DNA of 53,710 bases from Bacteroidales bacterium (GTDB lineage Bacteria > Bacteroidota > Bacteroidia > Bacteroidales > WRLA01): contig JAIRTP010000068.1 in assembly GCA_031254805.1 (NCBI GenBank), positions 1 through 53,710 on the forward strand. The letters run 5' to 3'. Under the pieces are notes generated by a model that was not told the DNA's origin, did not search any database, and worked only from the letters and a program-made list of their open reading frames with translations. Position numbers and translations under genes: made by a program. Positions 37,991 through 47,794 of this stretch are shown here, one piece after another (position 1 is the first letter of the stretch; the number at the start of each line of letters is the position of its first letter).

Positions 37991-39895
37991 ATGGAACCGC
38001 GCGAAGTTTTAAAAAGATATTGGGGATACGACAATTTTCGTCCGTTACAAGAAGATATTGTTCGTTCTGTGTTGAAGGGAGATGATACGTTGGGATTGTT
38101 GCCGACCGGTGGCGGAAAGAGCATTTGTTATCAAGTTCCCGGCATCATGCTGCAAGGCTTGTGCGTTGTCGTGACGCCGTTGATTGCGTTGATGAAAGAT
38201 CAGATGGAAGGATTGCAAAAACGGGGGATTTCCGCTAAAGCGCTTTTTTCCGGAATGCATCGCCATGAACAAGAGATTGTTATGAATAACGCCGTTAACG
38301 GCTTATTAAAATTTCTTTTTGTCTCTCCCGAACGGTTACAGTCCAATGATTTTCTTGATGGCTTTCGTTTAATGAACGTGGGCATGATGGCTATTGACGA
38401 AGCGCATTGCATTTCTCAATGGGGATACGATTTTCGCCCGCCTTATCTCAAAATTGCGGAAGCGCGACAATATCATCCTAATGCGCCAACGCTGGCTTTG
38501 ACGGCGACAGCTACGCCGGAAGTAGTAGACGATATCCAAGAGCGTTTGGCTTTTAAAAAAAAGAACGTTTTTCAAAAAAGTTTTGAGCGAAAAAATGTCT
38601 CTTATATTGCACTTTTCGAAGAGAATAAAAATAAAAAACTTCTTGATATTATTCGAAAAAGTCCGGGAACGGGCATTATTTATGTCAGAAGCCGACAAAA
38701 AACAAAACAAACGGCTTTGTTTCTGCGGGAACATGGAATTGCTTCAGAATTTTACCATGCGGGACTGAGTATGGACGAGCGTGATAAGAAACAGAATCTT
38801 TGGATGAAAGGCGACGCAAGAGTGATGGTCGCAACCAATGCATTTGGAATGGGAATTGACAAGCCGGACGTTCGTTTTGTGATCCATTTGGATATTCCCG
38901 ATTCGCCCGAAGCATATTTTCAAGAAGCAGGTCGCGCAGGTCGCGATGAAAAGTCGGCATATGCCGTATTGCTTTGGGAAAATGCCGACGTAATTGATTT
39001 AGAAAAACGATTTAGGGAAAGTTATCCGCCGTTGGCGACCATTCAAAGAGTCTATAATGCATTAGGAAATTATTTTGAGATCCCTTTGCACTCCGGATAT
39101 AATCAATCATTTGATTTTGAGTCGAGTTTATTTTTAAAGCGGTATCCGTTTTCCACTGTTGAGTTGTGGAGTTCTTTGAGATTTTTAGAACGGGAAGGAT
39201 ATCTTTTTATAACGGAACAATCGGCGCAACCAGCGCAACTTATGTTTAAAATGGATCATGCAAAACTTTATGAATATCAGGTGGCTAATACGCGCTTTGA
39301 TACATTTATCAAATCCATTTTACGTAATTATTCGGGATTGTTCAGCGATTTTGTTTCAATATCTATCCATGCGATCGCTTCTTTTAATAGGATTACGGAA
39401 GAGCAAGTTATCAATCGGCTAAAGCAACTTGAAAAGCAAGACGTTGTATGGTTTCAACCGCAAAAAGAGAAACCGCAAATTGTTTATACATGCGAGCGAT
39501 TGAGCGAAAAAGACGTCACGCTTTCGAAAGAAGTTTACGCAGAAAGAAAAAAATCGGCGCAAAAACGCATTGAATCAATGATCTATTATGTGCAAAATCA
39601 AAAAATATGTCGCAGTACTACGTTGTTGCAATTTTTCGGTCAAAAAAATGCAAAACCTTGCGGAAGTTGCGACGTTTGCCGTAATAGAAACGCTTTGCAT
39701 ATCGGTCCCAAGCTTTTTGATCAGATTGCTCATTATCTTCAAAATATTTTACAGAAAAACATGTTGACAGCCGATGAAATCAATACGGCTTTTCCTAATG
39801 TACGTTTTGAAAAAGTTTTGAAAGTAATACAATATCTCATGGATAACGAATACGTCTCTTTTAAAGATGGAAAATATCAATGGCTAAAAAAATAA
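37991..39895 (+). CDS. recQ: RecQ-family ATP-dependent DNA helicase (no HRDC; Bacteroidota RecQ2 type)
   Basis: PTGGGKS, DEAHCISQWGYDFRP, TATA, QEAGRAGRD, CR..CGSCDVC Zn site. Confidence 0.92.
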   Translation: MEPREVLKRYWGYDNFRPLQEDIVRSVLKGDDTLGLLPTGGGKSICYQVPGIMLQGLCVVVTPLIALMKDQMEGLQKRGISAKALFSGMHRHEQEIVMNNAVNGLLKFLFVSPERLQSNDFLDGFRLMNVGMMAIDEAHCISQWGYDFRPPYLKIAEARQYHPNAPTLALTATATPEVVDDIQERLAFKKKNVFQKSFERKNVSYIALFEENKNKKLLDIIRKSPGTGIIYVRSRQKTKQTALFLREHGIASEFYHAGLSMDERDKKQNLWMKGDARVMVATNAFGMGIDKPDVRFVIHLDIPDSPEAYFQEAGRAGRDEKSAYAVLLWENADVIDLEKRFRESYPPLATIQRVYNALGNYFEIPLHSGYNQSFDFESSLFLKRYPFSTVELWSSLRFLEREGYLFITEQSAQPAQLMFKMDHAKLYEYQVANTRFDTFIKSILRNYSGLFSDFVSISIHAIASFNRITEEQVINRLKQLEKQDVVWFQPQKEKPQIVYTCERLSEKDVTLSKEVYAERKKSAQKRIESMIYYVQNQKICRSTTLLQFFGQKNAKPCGSCDVCRNRNALHIGPKLFDQIAHYLQNILQKNMLTADEINTAFPNVRFEKVLKVIQYLMDNEYVSFKDGKYQWLKK

Positions 39896-39929
39896 AAAGC
39901 GTAGTTTTACAATTGCAAAACTACGCTTT
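39896..39929. terminator. bidirectional intrinsic terminator between recQ and glyQS
   Basis: AAAGCGTAGTTTT-N8-AAAACTACGCTTT. Confidence 0.78.
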
Positions 39930-39949
39930 CATTATATTCAAATAAAAAA

Positions 39950-41476
39950 TCAAAATTTCATTTTTACTTTATCGGAAATAATTTGAGGCAATTTTTCGAT
40001 AGCGATTCTATCTTGTCGCATGGAGTCGCGTTCGCGGATCGTTACGCAATTATCTTCCAACGTTTGATGATCGACGGTAATGCAATAAGGCGTTCCAATA
40101 GCGTCTTGACGGCGATAACGACGGCCTATGGCATCTTTTTCGTCATATTGACACATGTGATCCTGTTTTAAAATATCCATGATCTCACGCGCTTTTTCAG
40201 GTAAACCGTCTTTTTTTACCAAAGGCAATACAGCAGCTTTTACCGGAGCTAACATGGGAGGAATACGTAATACGACGCGTTCCGAGCCATCTTCCAGTTT
40301 TTCTTCTTGATAAGCGTGACTCAGAATAGCTAAAAACATACGATCTACTCCGATAGAAGTTTCGACTACATAAGGAACATAGCTTTCATTAAGCTCTTGA
40401 TCAAAATATTGTAACTTTTTCCCTGAATATTGTTGATGCGCGGAAAGATCAAAATCGGTACGAGAATGAATCCCTTCAAGCTCTTTGAATCCGAACGGAA
40501 AAGCAAATTCAATATCGGCGGCGGCATTTGCATAGTGCGCTAATTTTTCATGATTATGAAAACGATACTTTTCTGCGGGAATACCTAACGATAGATGCCA
40601 CTTCATGCGCTGTTCTTTCCAGTACTCGTACCATGTCAACTCTTCGCCGGGACGCACGAAATATTGCATCTCCATTTGCTCAAATTCTCTCATGCGAAAG
40701 ATAAATTGACGCGCGACAATCTCATTACGAAACGCTTTGCCAATCTGAGCAATTCCAAACGGCGGTTTCACGCGTCCGGTCTTTTGTACATTAAGATAAT
40801 TCACAAAAATGCCTTGCGCCGTTTCAGGACGAAGATATACTTGGCTCGCTCCGTCCGCTGCCGCGCCCATCTGAGTAGCAAACATCAAATTGAACTGTCT
40901 GACGTCTGTCCAATTACGACTCCCGCTAACAGGGCAAACAATTTCCAAGTCAATGATCAATTGCCTTATATCTTCAAAATCATTCTCATTCAAGGCGCGA
41001 TTCATGCGATTAGAAATATCTTCAATCTTTTTTCGATATTCTGCAATACGCCCATTGGTTTGAAGAAACATTGATTCATCAAAATCTGCTCCAAAACGTT
41101 TTGCCGCTTTTGTAACCTCTTTATTGATTTTCTCTTCAATTTTAGCAATATAATCTTCTATCAAAACATCGGCGCGATAGCGCTTTTTCGAATCTTTATT
41201 ATCAATAAGAGGATCGCTGAAAGCATCGACGTGTCCAGAAGCTTTCCAAACGGTTGGATGCATAAAAATGGCGGCGTCAATACCTACAATATTTTCATGC
41301 ATTTGCGCCATTGCTTTCCACCAATATGTTTTAATATTATTCTTTAACTCAACGCCGTATTGGCCGTAATCATACACGGCGCTCAAACCGTCGTAAATCT
41401 CACTGGAAGGAAAAATGAATCCATATTCCTTTGAATGTGAAATAATTGCCTTAAAAATATCTTCATTCTGTATCAT
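39950..41476 (-). CDS. glyQS: glycine--tRNA ligase (alpha2 type)
   Basis: SEIYDG, ASGHVDAFSD, YLRPETAQGIF, FRMREFEQME, ELEGIHSRTDFDL; likely start ATG 41476. Confidence 0.97.
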   Translation of the reverse strand: MIQNEDIFKAIISHSKEYGFIFPSSEIYDGLSAVYDYGQYGVELKNNIKTYWWKAMAQMHENIVGIDAAIFMHPTVWKASGHVDAFSDPLIDNKDSKKRYRADVLIEDYIAKIEEKINKEVTKAAKRFGADFDESMFLQTNGRIAEYRKKIEDISNRMNRALNENDFEDIRQLIIDLEIVCPVSGSRNWTDVRQFNLMFATQMGAAADGASQVYLRPETAQGIFVNYLNVQKTGRVKPPFGIAQIGKAFRNEIVARQFIFRMREFEQMEMQYFVRPGEELTWYEYWKEQRMKWHLSLGIPAEKYRFHNHEKLAHYANAAADIEFAFPFGFKELEGIHSRTDFDLSAHQQYSGKKLQYFDQELNESYVPYVVETSIGVDRMFLAILSHAYQEEKLEDGSERVVLRIPPMLAPVKAAVLPLVKKDGLPEKAREIMDILKQDHMCQYDEKDAIGRRYRRQDAIGTPYCITVDHQTLEDNCVTIRERDSMRQDRIAIEKLPQIISDKVKMKF

Positions 41477-41631
41477 AATGCAAAAGTAATGTTTTTTTGA
41501 TGACAATTTTTATCTCGAAAAAAGCAGTATTTTCATAAACAATATAACTTCATATTTGGAAAAATAATTTTTTCCCCAAAAAGTAACCTCATATTAAAAA
41601 TTGCATTATTTTTGCTTGCGTAAAAAAAATT

Positions 41632-42135
41632 ATGATGCGACAATTAAAAACATTCTTTTCGGCATTTGCGGCGGTCATCCTTGTGATCTCCATTATGGGA
41701 GCGTCCGTATCTTACCATGAATGTTTTTTAAGAGGAGAACATGATTTTCATTCTGCGCTTTTTGAAAACGATCACGAAGATCATTGTGTGTGTTGTGAAG
41801 CGACGTATCAAGATAGCTGTTGCCCGCATCAACACGACGGCGAATCTTGCGAATCTCACGATGTTGAAAGTTTTCCGGAAACTCAAAAATTTACCTATGC
41901 CGATTGTTGCAAAATAAAATCAATATTTCTCGAATTGATCGCCGTCGGACAAGAGATAATCCAATCGATCAAAGAGGCATTCTCAATGCTTGTTCTCTTT
42001 TTGAACGACATTTTTCATGATTGGATCGACTTGGTCCGGCATTTTATCTCTGAAATAAAGTATCATGCGCCCCCGCCTGATCTATTGCAGGTTTCGATTC
42101 CTGTAACCTTTATTGATACGCAATTTCTTTTGTGA
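41632..42135 (+). CDS. His/Cys-rich exported protein (HYC_CC_PP-like)
   Basis: Hydrophobic N-terminus, YHEC, CVCC, SCC, DCC, HAPPP; lies upstream of a metal-type TonB receptor. Confidence 0.7.
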   Translation: MMRQLKTFFSAFAAVILVISIMGASVSYHECFLRGEHDFHSALFENDHEDHCVCCEATYQDSCCPHQHDGESCESHDVESFPETQKFTYADCCKIKSIFLELIAVGQEIIQSIKEAFSMLVLFLNDIFHDWIDLVRHFISEIKYHAPPPDLLQVSIPVTFIDTQFLL

Positions 42136-42231
42136 AAATCCGAATAATTTATTTCGTATCCATGGTATGTTTATATCATGGATGTAATGTTTTATTTAAT
42201 TATTTTATTCAGATTTTTAATCATAAAAGAG

Positions 42232-44520
42232 ATGCAAAAAAAGTTTTTAATTATATTTTTAATATTAGGAGCCGTATCCGGTTTTTCACAAAATACGACA
42301 GTTTCGGGTATGGTATATGGGAAAAATGGCTTCGGAGAACGGGAAGCGCTTGCTTTTGCCAATATATATTCCATACAAAATAAGACGGGCGTAGTCGCCG
42401 ACGAAAATGGCAAATTTTCCATCACGTTGAAAGGAAGACTTCCTCAAGAAATTAAAGTAAGTTATATCGGATATAACGCCGATACGATTAAAATCAATGC
42501 GACAACTGGTAATTTAGACGTAGAACTGATCGCAGACGCCGCTTTGGACGAAGTAGAGATCAAAGCGCGTAAAAAAGCGACAGAGATATCGTTACGATCT
42601 GTTCATCAAGCCGAAACGATTACGACCCATGGATTGCAACTTTTGGCTTGCTGTAATCTTTCCGAAAGTTTTGAGAATGATCCGACAGTCGACGTCGGTT
42701 ATTCTGATGCCGTGAGCGGCGCCAAACAGATCAAAATGTTGGGATTGGATGGAAAATATTCCTTATTATTAATGGAGGCTATGCCGGCTATTCGCGGTTT
42801 GGCTTCGATGTACGGATTGACGTATATTCCCGGTTCGTGGATGCGTTCGATCGGAATTTCAAAAGGAGCTTCTTCGGTAGAAAGCGGTTATGAATCGATT
42901 TCAGGACAGATCAACGTCGGAATGATTGATCCGAACGCCACCAATCCGTTATTTTTGAATTTTTATGGAAACAGTGAAGGTCGGATAGAAGGAAATTTAG
43001 TGACCGGAGGAGAAGTTTTCAATAATACCGCTTCTAATTTGATGTTGAGCGGAGCTTGGCAAAATATGCCGATGGATGGAAATAAAGACGGTTTTGCCGA
43101 CGTTCCCGCCAATTGGAACGCCAATGTTTTAAATCGTTGGACAATCGATACAAAAAGAGGACATATCAATCTGCTTTTAAACTATCTACATGATGAGAGA
43201 AAAGGCGGACAGATGGATTTTCTTCGTAATCCGGATTTGCAGAAAAACGGCGAATATTATGGTTTTGGCAATACGGCCGACAGAGCGTATATCACCGCCA
43301 AATGGGGAATATTTTTCGACGAAGAACAGCGTAAAAGTTTTGCAGTGCAATTGGGAGGAACTTATCACAATCAAATTTCATTCTACGGATATGAAGGTTA
43401 TCAAGATTATAACGCGACGCAATATAGCTTTACGGGAACCGTGAAATATATTTGGTTGTCGCCGAATACCAAACATAAAATTGCATCGGGAATAACTTTT
43501 AATTACGATTTGTACGATGAATTGTATGCGTTGAATAGCGCGGCGGCGCCGTTATTTCCTTCTTCCAATTTGAGTAAATATACGTTCGGACGGACAGAAT
43601 ACGTTCCCGGAGCTTTCGGAGAATATACATGGACGCCGATAGAAAAATTTACTATGGTGGCGGGATTGCGTTACGATTATAACAGTTATTTTGGCGCATT
43701 AATCTCTCCGAGGGCGCATTTGAAATATGATATTTTGGATAATTTGATCGTCAGAGTATCGGGAGGAAAAGGATACCATTCTCCGCTGCTATTTACCGAT
43801 TTTTCACGCTACTTAGCTTCTTCGCGTAAATGGATTATCGAAGAGGAGATGAAAGCGGAAGAGGCTTGGAACTTCGGCGCAAGCGCTACATGGTTGTTCG
43901 ATTTTAACGAAGATCGTGGCGGAAGCCTTGTGGGCGATATTTATTACACCGTATTTCAAAATCAATTTGTAGTGGATCCGTTCAAGGCTCACGAAGTCCA
44001 TTTTTATAATATCGACAAATCTACCGCTTTGTCGGCGCAATTGTCTTTGAGCGGAGAAGTAGCCGAAGGATTTGACGTCACGTTAGCGGCTCGTTATAAT
44101 GACGTGAGAACGGATTTTAAATATGGAGATAGCAATCAAGCTCCTTATAATAATAAGTTTAAAGGATTGGCTACGTTGACTTATTCCACAAATCACAAAA
44201 AATGGCAATTCAGCCTTACGACGCAATTTAACGGTAAAGCAAGAGTGCCTGCGCTTACAGATGGCCCGGAGATTTATCATCGCAGCGGCGAAACGGAATT
44301 TTATACCATTATGCATGCACAGATCACCAAGAATTGGCGTCGCTGGAGTATCTATGTCGGAGCAGAAAATTTATTGAATTATACGCAGCCAGACCCGATT
44401 ATTGCCGCCGCCGATCCTTTCGGAAGAAATTCCGAAAGAAGCTATTTTGACGCTTCGGGCGTTTGGGGACCGTTAACGGGAAGAATGTTCTATGCCGGAT
44501 TGCGATTTTACGTAAAATAA
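42232..44520 (+). CDS. TonB-dependent receptor, probably heavy-metal associated
   Basis: Signal peptide from ATG 42232; CarboxypepD_reg-like domain; plug ACCNLSESFE..SDAVSGAKQI; C-terminal GRMFYAGLRF. Confidence 0.9.
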   Translation: MQKKFLIIFLILGAVSGFSQNTTVSGMVYGKNGFGEREALAFANIYSIQNKTGVVADENGKFSITLKGRLPQEIKVSYIGYNADTIKINATTGNLDVELIADAALDEVEIKARKKATEISLRSVHQAETITTHGLQLLACCNLSESFENDPTVDVGYSDAVSGAKQIKMLGLDGKYSLLLMEAMPAIRGLASMYGLTYIPGSWMRSIGISKGASSVESGYESISGQINVGMIDPNATNPLFLNFYGNSEGRIEGNLVTGGEVFNNTASNLMLSGAWQNMPMDGNKDGFADVPANWNANVLNRWTIDTKRGHINLLLNYLHDERKGGQMDFLRNPDLQKNGEYYGFGNTADRAYITAKWGIFFDEEQRKSFAVQLGGTYHNQISFYGYEGYQDYNATQYSFTGTVKYIWLSPNTKHKIASGITFNYDLYDELYALNSAAAPLFPSSNLSKYTFGRTEYVPGAFGEYTWTPIEKFTMVAGLRYDYNSYFGALISPRAHLKYDILDNLIVRVSGGKGYHSPLLFTDFSRYLASSRKWIIEEEMKAEEAWNFGASATWLFDFNEDRGGSLVGDIYYTVFQNQFVVDPFKAHEVHFYNIDKSTALSAQLSLSGEVAEGFDVTLAARYNDVRTDFKYGDSNQAPYNNKFKGLATLTYSTNHKKWQFSLTTQFNGKARVPALTDGPEIYHRSGETEFYTIMHAQITKNWRRWSIYVGAENLLNYTQPDPIIAAADPFGRNSERSYFDASGVWGPLTGRMFYAGLRFYVK

Positions 44521-44604
44521 TGCAAACGACAACAAGTAATAAGGAAATTTAAAATAAGTAATTAAACACTCAATAAGTATTTTAATCTAAAAATTGTAAA
44601 AGTA

Positions 44605-45015
44605 ATGAAAAGTAAAATTTTAAATGTAGGATTATTAATTATCTTCTTTGTTTTTTCAATGAACGCCATGGCGCAAACCAAAGGAGAAGAGACTATTGTA
44701 ATTAAATCGGTGCTTGCATGTCAAACATGTGAAAATCGAATCACGTCCGATCTCCCTTATAAAGTAAAGGGGATAAAAACCGTGAAAGCGGACTCTCATA
44801 CCAATGAAATCACCGTGACGTATCGTACCGATAAAACTACTCCGGAAGATATTCGTAAAGGGATTGCTTCGTTGGGTTATGACGCCGACGATGTACAAGC
44901 CGACGCAAAAGCTTTTAGTAAATTGTCGGAACATTGCAGAACTTCTATCTCGCAAGAAAAAGAAACGGGGAAAAAACCTGCTTGCAGCCCCGGATGCTCG
45001 GGACATCATCATTAG
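44605..45015 (+). CDS. exported heavy-metal-associated (HMA) domain protein
   Basis: Signal peptide; CQTC (CxxC); IASLGYDAD; C-terminal CSPGCSGHHH. Confidence 0.88.
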   Translation: MKSKILNVGLLIIFFVFSMNAMAQTKGEETIVIKSVLACQTCENRITSDLPYKVKGIKTVKADSHTNEITVTYRTDKTTPEDIRKGIASLGYDADDVQADAKAFSKLSEHCRTSISQEKETGKKPACSPGCSGHHH

Positions 45016-45191
45016 AAGTATTTCGCAAAAGGCGCTTTTTCAAATATTGACTTAATATTTGAAGCTCGTTTCTTGAAAACTTTGTTGTATTTTTTAATAT
45101 CCATTCGCTGTTTATATATTTAGCGGATGGATATTTTTCTTTTAAAATATGGGACTTCGGTCGAGTAAAAGGATGACCGTCTTCCGATGTC

Positions 45192-46091
45192 TCAACTTTT
45201 TTTCCCATATCTTGGATGAAACTGTTCTAAAGTTTCCCGCAGATAAGTTCGGTCTAAATGGGTATAGATTTCTGTAGTTGTTATAGATGCATGGCCAAGC
45301 ATTTCTTGAACGGAACGAATATCCGCGCCGCCTTCCATGAGATGAGTAGCGAAAGAGTGACGTAATGAGTGCGGACTGACACGCTTCCTGATGCCGGCTT
45401 GCATCGCCAATTTCTTGGTCAAGTCAAAAATAGCCGCTCGCGACAATCTTCCGTTTCGATGATTCAAAAACAATATTTCCGCATCTCCTTTTTGCGGTTG
45501 TAACGACAGTCGAATATATTTAAGATACAGATTCACAGCTTTCTTGGCCGGCTCTCCAACCGGAACCAAACGCTCTTTATTTCCTTTTCCGATAATGCGC
45601 ACAAATCCGTCGTTAAAATAGAGATCATTGATACGTAAAGCAACTAACTCTGAAACCCGCAATCCGCAACCGTATAACATCTCCATGATCGCCTTGTCGC
45701 GAGTTCCATGCAAATGACTCAAATCAATTGCTTTTATCATTGCGTCGATATCTTTAATAGAGAGAACGTCAGGTAAATAACGTTGCAATTTGGGAGATTC
45801 TAACAGATCCGAAGGATTCTTGGCAATAAGTTCTGCATAGACTAAATAGCGATAAAACGCTTTTATACTGGAGATCAATCGCGCTTGCGAATAATCGGCG
45901 AGAGACGCAATCTGTTCCGAACTCAAAAAATGTTCTAAATCGCGTAGCGTAATTTGATCGGGAACAGTTTCAGAAAAAAAATCGGCCAATTTTCTAATAT
46001 CGCGTTCATACGCTTTGACGCTATTCTCTGAAAGCGATTTTTCTAACTTCAGATAATGTTTAAATTCGATTATATTTTTCTCCCAATTCAT
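45192..46091 (-). CDS. xerD: site-specific tyrosine recombinase XerD
   Basis: LEKSLSENSVKAYERD, GLRVSEL, GKGNKERLVP, HSLRHSFATHL, LGHASITTTEIY; likely start ATG 46091. Confidence 0.93.
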   Translation of the reverse strand: MNWEKNIIEFKHYLKLEKSLSENSVKAYERDIRKLADFFSETVPDQITLRDLEHFLSSEQIASLADYSQARLISSIKAFYRYLVYAELIAKNPSDLLESPKLQRYLPDVLSIKDIDAMIKAIDLSHLHGTRDKAIMEMLYGCGLRVSELVALRINDLYFNDGFVRIIGKGNKERLVPVGEPAKKAVNLYLKYIRLSLQPQKGDAEILFLNHRNGRLSRAAIFDLTKKLAMQAGIRKRVSPHSLRHSFATHLMEGGADIRSVQEMLGHASITTTEIYTHLDRTYLRETLEQFHPRYGKKS

Positions 46092-46100
46092 TGATGCAAA

Positions 46101-47022
46101 TATATTCCAGCCATTAATAAATTTATAGTTTTCTGTAGCATATTTGATGGAGTCGTGTGAAGTATGTTGCAATACGGTCAGGATTTTGTTGCAACATACT
46201 CATATGATTTTCTATACTCTCTCTCAGTTTTCTCTCGTTTTTAGGTGCAAGTTTATCCGATAAACTGCGTTTTAAATCACAATTTGGGTACTCGCCCGGG
46301 TTATGTTTGAGAGAGTATGGCTGTAACCAAAGTACTTCTATTTTTTGCTTTATTTTTTCCTGTTTTGACCACTCTTTTACAATATGGTAATGGAAAATTT
46401 TCAGGTTATCAAAGATTAACAATATTTTTCTGTCGGCATTTTTGATTAATTGCTGCAAAAATTCTATCAAACGGTCGGCATTCATATTGTCTGAATATAT
46501 CATAAATTGTACTTTTCCCTGATTGGTTATATGGATATCGTATTGATTTTTAAATTACTTAGGCGTACTCTTTTTGACAGACGTTTTATCTTTTGCGCAT
46601 AACTTCTTCCGTGATTGCACTGATTTTTACAGTCCGTTTTGTCGCCCCACCATATCCCTGCATTCTCCTCTTTGGCGCGTTTTTCAATGATAGGATACTC
46701 TTCCGTTAGCCATTTTTTTGCTTGAACAGGATTTTGTTCGCATGCTTTTTTCTTCGGTTTTTGAGGCGTAAAGCCCCATGAACGATGATAATTATTCACA
46801 GTATTTTTGTTAACGCCAAGCAATTCGACAACTACGCCTTTTTTGTATCCTGATTTTATCATTGTTATACCACATTTGGATATCGCTTTGCGTTCTTCCG
46901 TTGTGACTGCGTGAAAGTCCTGTTTTTCTATGGGGTTTATCTCTTTTCTCATACCGCAAAGATATGAAAATATTTGCAAACTGCCGAACTCTTTTTATGC
47001 ATTTATTTATGGTTGGATAATA
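46101..47022 (-). mobile_element. decayed IS630-family element
   Basis: Terminal IRs TATATTCCAGCCATTAATAAAT (46101) and TATTATCCAACCATAAATAAAT (reverse complement ending 47022), 18/22 identical and TA-flanked. Transposase fragments WGFTPQKPKK..EQNP..WGD, IFDNL..H, LQPYS..NP.E; frameshifts and an internal deletion. Confidence 0.88.
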
Positions 47023-47090
47023 GTAAATGTAATTTTTTGTCAGAAAGAAAGAGAAAAATACTACTTTTGCTATTTTAAAATTTCATTGAA

Positions 47091-47780
47091 ATGAATAAAG
47101 AACTATTTCAAGAACTTATTGACAAATCGGAAATGGAAGCTGAAATTTTGAAGCATACGAAAGATGCTTTTTCAACGCTTAAAACTGTACTTTCCGAAAC
47201 AGAGGATGCTTATAAAAGCTTTAATAAGAAAAAGCCATCTGCCACTACTTTGGAATACAACGATTTGAAGGGGAATGAGTTGGAATTGACTTTTGGCGGC
47301 GACGTTTTACGCTTTGCGATGCATTCCAACGTTTTCTTGATCCCTCGTTATGATCCGATCAATAATACGCCTTATTTGAGAGAAGACTCCGAACGCGGTT
47401 ATTGCGGCGTTATCAATATTTATAATTTTCTATCTGATTCTTTCAAATATAAACGTTACGACGATATCGGGTATCTGATTGGCCGTATTTTGATCAATAA
47501 AGAAAATCGTTACTTCATTCAAGGAAAAAGAGAGTTAAGTCGTTATCTCAACAATTTTAGCGAGAATCCTCTGAGCAAAAAATCGTTGGAAGAGATGGTT
47601 CATTCGGCAATGTCGTATACCATAAATTTTGATCTTTTAGTTCCGCCGTATGATCAAGTGAAAGAGGTTTCTGTGTTATATTTTCAAACTACTATGGAAA
47701 ATTCCAAGTTGTTGCCCACAGGTAAACGTTTAGGATTTCGTTTTGCAGCCGATATTGACAATCCTCCGGAAAATGTATAA
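47091..47780 (+). CDS. conserved Bacteroidota hypothetical protein
   Basis: 229-aa ORF with FAMHSNVF, YCGVINIYNFLSDSFKY, TGKRLGFRF; TACTTTTG at 47062-47069. Confidence 0.75.
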   Translation: MNKELFQELIDKSEMEAEILKHTKDAFSTLKTVLSETEDAYKSFNKKKPSATTLEYNDLKGNELELTFGGDVLRFAMHSNVFLIPRYDPINNTPYLREDSERGYCGVINIYNFLSDSFKYKRYDDIGYLIGRILINKENRYFIQGKRELSRYLNNFSENPLSKKSLEEMVHSAMSYTINFDLLVPPYDQVKEVSVLYFQTTMENSKLLPTGKRLGFRFAADIDNPPENV

Positions 47781-47794
47781 GAGTTCTTAAAGCC

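Noticed and set aside
44945-45208. 87-aa minus-strand ORF after xerD
   Set aside because: It overlaps both xerD and the HMA gene and has no recognisable motif.
46091-46172. XerD with a 27-aa N-terminal extension, or a real transposase-XerD fusion
   Set aside because: The extension is IS630 tail sequence, the upstream transposase is frameshifted, and a promoter motif sits just before ATG 46091.
45192-47022. Integron or integrative element around the tyrosine recombinase
   Set aside because: The protein is a typical chromosomal XerD with no IntI insertion; no attC-like arrays or phage genes were seen.
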